From positions 1 to 34,086 of the forward strand of contig CAZXWN010000020.1 in NCBI GenBank assembly GCA_964644695.1: a DNA stretch of 34,086 bases. Direction: 5' to 3'. Positions 27,419-34,086 of this stretch are shown here, piece by piece. Numbering within the stretch: position 1 is the first letter of the stretch; the number at the start of each line of letters is the position of its first letter. The notes beneath the pieces were generated by a model that had not been told where the DNA came from, did no database searches, and saw only the letters and a program-made list of their open reading frames with translations. This stretch comes from an uncultured bacterium (GTDB taxonomy: Bacteria; UBP4; UBA4092). Made by a program: the position numbers and the translations under genes.

Positions 27419-27491
27419 TAAATACTAATTCTGTACAGTTTCTTATCTTGATAAAATTAAGACAAATAGTTTCTCTAATTTGGAGGTTATT

Positions 27492-28631
27492 GTGATACCT
27501 GATCGTGCTGGAGAAATTAAATCCTTCCTGGCCATGGATGTTCTGGATGAAGCTCAGAAATTACAGCGAGCGGGTCAATCTATTATTCGGCTGGAAGTCG
27601 GAGAACCTGATTTTCCTACGCCTCAATGCGTTGTAGATGCTGTGCATGAGGCGTTGGACCGAGGTCTGACTCATTATACAAGCAGTATGGGGATGTTGGA
27701 ATTAAGAGAAGAAATCTGCCGTGACTATAAAGATTCCTACAGTGTACAACTGGACCCTGACCAGGTTGTTGTGACAGAGGGAACTTCCCCAGCCATGATA
27801 CTTGTGTTTGGAGCTCTGCTGGACATCGGAGATCGAGTGTTATTGTCAGATCCGCATTACGCATGCTATCCGAATGTGGTCCGATTCTTTGGCGGAGTAG
27901 CTGACTATTTCCAAGTCTCGGAATCGGATGGGTTTCTTTATGATATTGAAAAAATGAAGCAGGCGCTTCGACCAGAGACTAAAGCCGTATTCATCAACTC
28001 CCCTTCCAATCCCACGGGGAAGGTGCAGGAAAAAGCTATCCTTGAAGAAATAGCAGGGTTAGGACCCTATATCATCTCTGATGAGATATATCATGGATTA
28101 TGTTACGGGAAGAAAGAGCACAGCATTTTGGAGTTTACGGATAAAGCCTTTGTTTTTAATGGCTTTTCAAAAAGATATGCGATGACTGGCTGGAGGTTAG
28201 GTTATGCCATCATGCCAAAAGAGTTCATTGTCCCTATCAAAAAACTCCAACAGAACTTTTTCATTTGTGCCAATGCTTTTGTACAATACGCTGGATTGCG
28301 TGCATTGCGTGAAGCAAAAGGGGACTGTGAAAAAATGCGTCAGGTATATGACCAGAGAAGGCATTATATTGTCCCCGCTTTAAGGGATGCAGGATTTCAA
28401 ATCGGATACGAACCGGATGGGGCCTATTATGTCATGGTGAATGCAAAGAAATACTCTCAGAACTCTTTGGAATTTGCTGACCAGATATTACATCAAGCTG
28501 GAGTTGCTTTGACCCCAGGGATTGATTTTGGTCCATCTCTGGAGGGATATTTACGGATTTCTTATGCCAATTCCATCGAAAACCTTACTGAAGGCGTAAA
28601 ACGATTGAAGAGTTTTCTGGCTACTTTATAG
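27492..28631 (+). CDS. PLP-dependent class I/II aminotransferase (aspartate aminotransferase-like)
   Basis: GEPDF.TP, YT..G..ELRE, NSPSNPTG, SDEIY, GFSKRYAMTGWRLGY, YLRISYA. GGAGG just upstream of GTG 27492. Confidence 0.95.
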   Translation: MIPDRAGEIKSFLAMDVLDEAQKLQRAGQSIIRLEVGEPDFPTPQCVVDAVHEALDRGLTHYTSSMGMLELREEICRDYKDSYSVQLDPDQVVVTEGTSPAMILVFGALLDIGDRVLLSDPHYACYPNVVRFFGGVADYFQVSESDGFLYDIEKMKQALRPETKAVFINSPSNPTGKVQEKAILEEIAGLGPYIISDEIYHGLCYGKKEHSILEFTDKAFVFNGFSKRYAMTGWRLGYAIMPKEFIVPIKKLQQNFFICANAFVQYAGLRALREAKGDCEKMRQVYDQRRHYIVPALRDAGFQIGYEPDGAYYVMVNAKKYSQNSLEFADQILHQAGVALTPGIDFGPSLEGYLRISYANSIENLTEGVKRLKSFLATL

Positions 28632-28649
28632 CCCATCTTGATAATAAAA

Positions 28650-28687
28650 TAAGCCCGGTTGGATTAAGTCCGCCGGGCTTTTTATTT
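28650..28687. terminator. Terminator between convergent genes
   Basis: AAGCCCGG..CCGGGCTT plus TTTATTT, with an A-rich run on the 5' side. Confidence 0.8.
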
Positions 28688-28706
28688 AGTGACTATTGAA
28701 TTATAT

Positions 28707-28940
28707 TTATGGGTTTTCAATAGAACTCATAATTTCATCGGCTATCTTTTCAGGGGACATACAGTTAGTGCAATTGGCTTTGTGTCCACAGCTGGGACAG
28801 ACGATGTTTGTTCGTTGCACAACAGCATTGGTGATGACACGAACTACTTCTTGCATATCGACGCCACCCATCTCATCCCTGAGTTCTTCGAGGATTTTCT
28901 GTAATTCAGGGTCAGGATTATTTTGTGGATTGTCTGGCAT
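28707..28940 (-). CDS. Small protein with CxxC-x5-CxxC Zn-finger-like motif (77 aa)
   Basis: GGAGGA Shine-Dalgarno 6 nt before the ATG; CPSCGHKANCTNC; does not overlap any long ORF. Confidence 0.7.
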   Translation of the reverse strand: MPDNPQNNPDPELQKILEELRDEMGGVDMQEVVRVITNAVVQRTNIVCPSCGHKANCTNCMSPEKIADEIMSSIENP

Positions 28941-29021
28941 AAATAGTCCTCCTTATTTCAGTCAACGGTTCAGAACTCTTTTCCCGATTCTAGCATAGTG
29001 TTTAGGGCCGATACAGAAGCA

Positions 29022-29056
29022 TAAAAAAAGGGAACAGTGAATTCACTGTTCCCTTT
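29022..29056 (-). terminator. Terminator of the DUF2723 gene (perfect 30-bp palindrome)
   Basis: AAAGGGAACAGTGAATTCACTGTTCCCTTT at 29027..29056, with a T-run on the minus strand. Confidence 0.85.
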
Positions 29057-29074
29057 GAAAAACTGTCTAACGGG

Positions 29075-32000
29075 TTATTTTGCAATAAGTCCCATTGGGA
29101 GCCCACCATTTTGTGTTGGGACATTCTTATATCGCTGAGCCAAAGCCTGATACTGGGCCGCCTTAGCCCCATCTCTGACAATAGTGCCGTAATAATAGGC
29201 CAGATTTGCATAGGCAGGGTAGAAAGATGGATTCATCTGAATAACCTTTTCCCACATGAACACGGCATCGGAGGTTCTGCCCAACCAGAAGTAAGCTTCA
29301 CCTAAATTCTGGTATGCCATGTAATTCTGCGGCATACCGCGAAGGGCAGTTTCGATGTTGTTGGATGCTTTGGTAACAAGTTCGACATGCTTCTGAGCCT
29401 CATCAGCGGTTAGCTGACTAATATCCCGACCCTTGCGTAATTTTGCAGCCAATTCCATCTGAAGAGCCCCTAAAAGGTAATAGGCGCCGGCATCATTCGC
29501 ATCCTGATCATAATAATAGAGGGATACACCTTTTTCGAGGAGTTTGACGGCCTCTTCGGTTTTACCAAAGTTAGTTCTGTACATATCAGCCAACATAAAG
29601 TAGGAAAGAGCTTTTCGAGGCTGCGTTTCGATTGCTTTTAAGAACTCTGTTGTTGCCTTATCAAGAATGCCTTCATTCCGCCAGATATTTGCCAGGTTGA
29701 TGTGCATGTTATCAAGGTCCCAGCCAGTTTCTGAGGTTTTGTCAAAATGCAGATAGGCTTTCTTTTTGAGTTCTTCTCGTTTCACAGGGTCAACAGCTTG
29801 CGTGTACTGCTGGTAGTAGGCTCGGCCAATCAGGAAGTGGTAGTTGGATACCAGCTCTCGAGTATAGTAGTCAGTGCCCATTTCATAGAAGAATTTATCG
29901 AGTGTGGTCAACTGTTCCAAAGTGCTTTCATAATCAGGTTCTTTTTCACCAGGCCGGACCGCTTGATACACAATCCCGGAAGGTAATTGCTTGACCTGTG
30001 GGAATCCAGGAAAATCCTGATACCGTGTGGGGTCGTCTGGCGGCGGAGTATTACTCTGCACACTCATATAGTAAACAGGTGTATTGGAGGTCATTGTAAT
30101 CTTAGCTCTTCCAATATCTTTCAACCGGTTATGCGTCATAGGATCAATTCTGAATTTGTCTTTACCAAAATCAAAAATGGGGACAAACAGGTTTTCCCCT
30201 TCATCATAAATCTGAGTGGGGGGGAACTTGTTTTCCACATAAGAGAGGTAACCCAAAGCAAACGTCGGATTATCTCCAATGATGAATATCTTTCCATCCT
30301 TAGGAATGGATTTTAAAATGTTCATTCCAAAGTAGTACGCCACATCATTTTTTGACAAGTTCTGATGCCAGTAATTTGAAGCAAGGGGGACAAACGGCAT
30401 GAGAACCATTGCACCACAGAGTGCATAATGTAATGGATATGTAGCGGGTTTGCTCAGCTGAGCTGCGACAGTATCAGCCCCTTCTGGGAGTGCATTTACG
30501 GGCTGAGCATTGCGGTAATACTTATTCATATCTTCTTCGCTGATATCGGGTACCGGCGGAAGGCCTGTTAACTTGAACCCGTATTTCAGCCATTCCATAA
30601 TTTGTTGGGCACCAAAGGCAATCCAGATAGCCGCAATCATGTAACTGGGAATGAGGAATCGGGCAATAATATACATGGAGTGGTTGGTAGTCTGATAATT
30701 CAAGACAGCCTGCATTCCCGGCCCATAAATCAAGAAGGCCATCAGGGTCAACACGAAATACTTACCGTTTTGGCGGAATAGACGCCAAATACCCAACAGC
30801 ATCATGGAGAACCATGCAGCCGTCCATAATCCGACAAGAACCATATGTCCCTGTGAAGGCCAACCTTCAATGGGCTTATATTGATGGTTAAAGTGGTCGA
30901 GGGTTGGATCACTGTAATGAGTTTTGTAAGAACCAAACTGCCGGAAGAAATAAATCCAGTATTCGGCAAACTGTTCTTTCACGATATCCAGTGGTCCAAA
31001 GATGGCCTTATCTTTCAAGAATTCGGGGAAAACTCGAGGTATCGGGGACAACGGACCATACTGCCGACGAGAAATATGATTGTATAAATCTTCGGTGGTT
31101 TGGATGTAACCCCAGCTCATTGCCGGAACGCTCTTTTCCTGTGTCAATACAGTGTTGGCACGGCGTTGTTCATCCGTAATATTGTTTAAAGGATTGTTTG
31201 CCAAGCGCATGGGAATATACAGATACATGCACATACCCAGGATAAACAGTAAGGTTGCATAAATCCATGTTTTATCCCGTTTGTGCCACCAATGCAGAGC
31301 CAGAGTATAGGGCACAAAGGTCAGAATCGTCAGGGTGAATTTGGTCAGGAATGTATCTTGGGGAGGAAGGGGCTGATTGATAACTAATAGTGAAATCAAA
31401 TTCGCCAGTCTTTCGGCCAGGACATACAGTATCAATCCAACAAATCCATAGATGAACAGATAGATAATCTCCCATTTTACATTCCACTTTTTAAACAGCG
31501 AGCAAACGATGAAATAGGAGTAGAGAAGCGGCATTACTAAAAACAGGTTGTGGTGGGCCATCGCCATTGCGGTGACAAAGAATAATGCCAGGAAGTATCG
31601 CTGCTCATGATTTTCACTCCACAGAAGCATCAACAACATGGTGACAACGGTGAAGAAAACATTCAGGATGAATACTTCAGAGAACAATGCCTGAGACCAG
31701 AAGTGGTAACAGAAGGCGAACATCAGGGAACCACTCAGAGCAACCGTTCGGTAATGTGACAGCTTTAACAGTAATACATAGAGGAAATAGGTGGTTGCAC
31801 CGGCTACTAAGGCGCACAGGAAAGCCCCTCGAGCCGCAGGGTGTTCGAAAAAGCCAAATAAAGTTACAGCACATTTGACCATCATGATCCACATGGGATA
31901 ACCCGGAGGGTGGGCTATACCTAAAACGGCGCCCTGGGCTGAGAACTCGCCTGAATCACCCACATACAAGGTTCGGCAGAGTGTCATTGTATAAATAATC

Positions 32001-32233
32001 AGAGGTAACAGAAATGCCGGAAGACCCCATAGCCAGTCTGCGGAATATAACTTTCTCAGAGGCAATGCTTTGTGGACTTTCTCCGGAGTCTCTCCTGTTT
32101 GTAACTCCCGGATGGCAGCTTCGACGTCTTTTACCGGGCTTTTCAAATTTTTAGCAATGTCCTGTGCAGACATTTTCTCTCTATTATCTGCAATGTAGCG
32201 GCGTTGCTCTTTGTTGAATTTCTTGTTCGACAT
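29075..32233 (-). CDS. DUF2723 / TMEM260-like membrane glycosyltransferase with C-terminal TPR repeats
   Basis: GDSGEF..LGIAHPPGYP, FWSQALFSEV, AHH, YLYIPMR, SWG..HISRRQYG, GDN..F.LGY. TPR-like helices such as AYQNLGEAYFWLGR..A..WEKVIQMNP..AYANLA. Confidence 0.88.
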   Translation of the reverse strand: MSNKKFNKEQRRYIADNREKMSAQDIAKNLKSPVKDVEAAIRELQTGETPEKVHKALPLRKLYSADWLWGLPAFLLPLIIYTMTLCRTLYVGDSGEFSAQGAVLGIAHPPGYPMWIMMVKCAVTLFGFFEHPAARGAFLCALVAGATTYFLYVLLLKLSHYRTVALSGSLMFAFCYHFWSQALFSEVFILNVFFTVVTMLLMLLWSENHEQRYFLALFFVTAMAMAHHNLFLVMPLLYSYFIVCSLFKKWNVKWEIIYLFIYGFVGLILYVLAERLANLISLLVINQPLPPQDTFLTKFTLTILTFVPYTLALHWWHKRDKTWIYATLLFILGMCMYLYIPMRLANNPLNNITDEQRRANTVLTQEKSVPAMSWGYIQTTEDLYNHISRRQYGPLSPIPRVFPEFLKDKAIFGPLDIVKEQFAEYWIYFFRQFGSYKTHYSDPTLDHFNHQYKPIEGWPSQGHMVLVGLWTAAWFSMMLLGIWRLFRQNGKYFVLTLMAFLIYGPGMQAVLNYQTTNHSMYIIARFLIPSYMIAAIWIAFGAQQIMEWLKYGFKLTGLPPVPDISEEDMNKYYRNAQPVNALPEGADTVAAQLSKPATYPLHYALCGAMVLMPFVPLASNYWHQNLSKNDVAYYFGMNILKSIPKDGKIFIIGDNPTFALGYLSYVENKFPPTQIYDEGENLFVPIFDFGKDKFRIDPMTHNRLKDIGRAKITMTSNTPVYYMSVQSNTPPPDDPTRYQDFPGFPQVKQLPSGIVYQAVRPGEKEPDYESTLEQLTTLDKFFYEMGTDYYTRELVSNYHFLIGRAYYQQYTQAVDPVKREELKKKAYLHFDKTSETGWDLDNMHINLANIWRNEGILDKATTEFLKAIETQPRKALSYFMLADMYRTNFGKTEEAVKLLEKGVSLYYYDQDANDAGAYYLLGALQMELAAKLRKGRDISQLTADEAQKHVELVTKASNNIETALRGMPQNYMAYQNLGEAYFWLGRTSDAVFMWEKVIQMNPSFYPAYANLAYYYGTIVRDGAKAAQYQALAQRYKNVPTQNGGLPMGLIAK

Positions 32234-32448
32234 GTAATACCTCTTTCGGGCATCCCGATTTGTAAAAATAAAAATCTTATCAAAACAACCCTCTCGTCCA
32301 GAATTGTTTGACAGTTAGTTTTAGTTATAAATGTTCTTTATTTTCTACTGAAACTCTATTACTTTCAAGTGTCTATTTATGGTTGACCCGGTGGACAAGA
32401 TTTTAAAGGGTCAGTTATGATGAACATAATTATTCTGGAGGAATAAAA

Positions 32449-33075
32449 ATGGACAAGAATTTCATGTTACCCGGGGAGACTATCCGATTTCAAGCTAATC
32501 CCCACTGGATAGCCTTGGCGGGTGTTTTTATTCGTGATTTATTTCTTATTTTATCAGTCATTATTGTGTATTTGTTTCTAACACTGAAACTTGAGGTTCA
32601 GGCGGGGTGGTTACTGGTGGTTTTGTTATACCCTGTTTTGGACTTTGCGTGGAAGTTACTGGTTTGGACACAATTGGAATACCTGGTCACAGATCGTCGA
32701 ATCGTGAAAAAACAGGGTGTAATCAATCAGGCACTGACAGAAATTATATTAGATAAGGTAACGAATGTGTCTTTGAATCAGTCGGCTTTTGCCCGGCTTT
32801 TAAATTATGGCGATATTGTTGTGGAAACGGCCAGTGAACAGGGTGTGTTTCGGTTTCCAAAGGCATCCCGGCCTCTGGACTTCCGAAAAGCCGTTTCATC
32901 TGGGCCTGCTCCGTTAAATAATGCCCAACCAAAAGCTCTGAATACGGAGGATAGTAATCCTCCCTATCAGGATATTCCGGCTTTACTGCGTCAATTAAAA
33001 GAATTATCTGACCAGGGGGCCATCACTCCCGAAGAATATCAACAGAAAAAACAGGAATTGCTTTCACGGATGTAA
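32449..33075 (+). CDS. Membrane protein with bacterial PH (bPH_2) domain and C-terminal SHOCT domain
   Basis: Two TM helices, YLVTDRRIVKKQGVI..RLLNYGDIVVETA, and LRQLKELSDQGAITPEEYQQKKQELL. GGAGG Shine-Dalgarno. Confidence 0.9.
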   Translation: MDKNFMLPGETIRFQANPHWIALAGVFIRDLFLILSVIIVYLFLTLKLEVQAGWLLVVLLYPVLDFAWKLLVWTQLEYLVTDRRIVKKQGVINQALTEIILDKVTNVSLNQSAFARLLNYGDIVVETASEQGVFRFPKASRPLDFRKAVSSGPAPLNNAQPKALNTEDSNPPYQDIPALLRQLKELSDQGAITPEEYQQKKQELLSRM

Positions 33076-33100
33076 ATAATTCAGCAAAAAGTCTTGTTTT

Positions 33101-33152
33101 GAACGAAGAATCCACGGACCTGGTCCGAGCAGCTCCGTTAGAGGTTCGTTTT
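33101..33152. repeat. Palindromic intergenic repeat, copy C
   Basis: GAACGAAGAATCCACGGACCTGGTCCGAGCAGCTCCGTTAGAGGTTCGTT, closely matching the reverse complement of copy A (GAACGAAGAAACCACGGACTTGGTCCGAGCTGGTCCGTGG). Confidence 0.8.
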
Positions 33153-33238
33153 AAATTTGAATTTTGTTATTGATTCCAGGCTTTGGACCTGGTTTTGGAA
33201 ACAAGTATCTAAATTATTACTTTAAAGGTGGTTTAGCC

Positions 33239-34086
33239 ATGGTAAGAAAAAAATTAAGTTTTTATGTATTTTTGATTATTTTAAGTGTAGTTGTTTCTTC
33301 AACAGCGATGGGAATGGCTGGCAAGGTCTCTTCTTCCTCAAAGAGAACCTTTTCTTTTGGCTGGGTTTCTGACACCCACATAATGACCACGGTCAGTACA
33401 GAATCTTGTGGTGACCGGGCCGACCGTCTGAAACAGGTCATTAAAGAAATGGACAATAATCCCAAAATTGATTTTATTGTGCATAGCGGGGATATGATTG
33501 AGAATACAGCCAATGCAAAGCAATACAAGGCGTTCAATGAATTGATGAGGCCCGTGAAGTCCTGGTATCCAATTGCGGGGAATCATGATGTTGATAATAG
33601 ACCTGGCATGGATAATATCAATTTATACCAAAGTCTGGGTTATGGCCGCGGAGAAAAGAAACAGGACTATTACGGATTTGTTCATAAATCAGCGGCTTTT
33701 TTTGTCATTAACTCGCAATCGTATGCTTCCAAAGACCCCATTGTTCAGAAGCGAGCTGAAGATCAGCTGGTTGAAATGGATGCATTCTTCACTAAATATA
33801 AAAATGTTCCCAATAAGTTTGTCTGTGCCCATGCCCCAATATTCATAAAATCATCCAATGAAGCGGATGATTATTTCAATATTAAGTCTGCATATCGAAA
33901 GAAAATCATCGATGTAATGAAAAAACATCAGGTTAAGTATTATTTATGTGGACATCGGCATGGGAATCATGAAGCTGCGGATCCCGATGGAAGCGGTATT
34001 ACAGTTTTAACGCAAACGGCATTATCCTGGGGAATTGGTAAGGGTCAGACAACAGGATATTGTATTTTTACTGTATCTCCTAAGGG
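33239..34086 (+). CDS. 3'-truncated secreted calcineurin-like metallophosphoesterase (absent from the ORF track)
   Basis: Hand translation from ATG 33239: MVRKKLSFYVFLIILSVVVSSTAMG..SDTH..HSGD..AGNHD..AHAP..CGHRH. Open to the end of the window. Confidence 0.9.
   Translation, partial: MVRKKLSFYVFLIILSVVVSSTAMGMAGKVSSSSKRTFSFGWVSDTHIMTTVSTESCGDRADRLKQVIKEMDNNPKIDFIVHSGDMIENTANAKQYKAFNELMRPVKSWYPIAGNHDVDNRPGMDNINLYQSLGYGRGEKKQDYYGFVHKSAAFFVINSQSYASKDPIVQKRAEDQLVEMDAFFTKYKNVPNKFVCAHAPIFIKSSNEADDYFNIKSAYRKKIIDVMKKHQVKYYLCGHRHGNHEAADPDGSGITVLTQTALSWGIGKGQTTGYCIFTVSPK

Noticed and set aside
27480-27491. TTG 27480 as the aminotransferase start
   Set aside because: This stretch contains the GGAGG Shine-Dalgarno, so GTG 27492 is the better start.
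28689-28998. Plus-strand ORFs of 71 and 100 aa
   Set aside because: They overlap the minus-strand Cys4 ORF, which has the Shine-Dalgarno and the motif, and they begin right after a terminator.
29027-29056. Perfect 30-bp palindrome as an operator or recombination site
   Set aside because: It sits 18 bp past the stop of the minus-strand gene with a T-run, so a terminator explains it.
5961-33152. Palindromic repeats as a CRISPR array or attC cassette array
   Set aside because: The copies are 13-14 kb apart and in mixed orientation, and there is no cas gene or integrase.
33262-33848. Three short ORFs in the track
   Set aside because: Shadows of the metallophosphoesterase that starts at 33239.

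Overview
Bacterial chromosomal window of moderate-to-low GC with 22 supportable CDSs, two of them truncated at the window edges. I recognised no rRNA, tRNA, CRISPR array or transposase. It opens with two colinear tandem paralogues of a large secreted multidomain amidase-like protein (Amidase_3, golvesin-like, FN3 and CBM-like parts) whose C-terminal tails are unrelated to each other. The dominant theme is envelope glycosylation. There are four GT2 polyprenol-phosphate-sugar synthases and four GT-C-like membrane proteins: YfhO with an ILEI-like insert, a PMT/ArnT-like protein, an unassigned one, and a DUF2723/TMEM260-like protein with TPRs. A B12 radical SAM gene lies at the end of one of the GT clusters. 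Also present are a PPi-dependent phosphofructokinase, glgB, a radical SAM/SPASM protein, an EEP phosphoesterase, an alpha/beta hydrolase, a stand-alone prepilin, a PDZ plus cohesin-like protein, a class I aminotransferase, a small Zn-finger protein, a bPH_2/SHOCT protein and a metallophosphoesterase that the ORF track missed. A ~50-bp palindromic intergenic repeat occurs three times. The pilin family and the C-terminal tails suggest, from recall only, a Sumerlaeota (BRC1)-like candidate-phylum organism.
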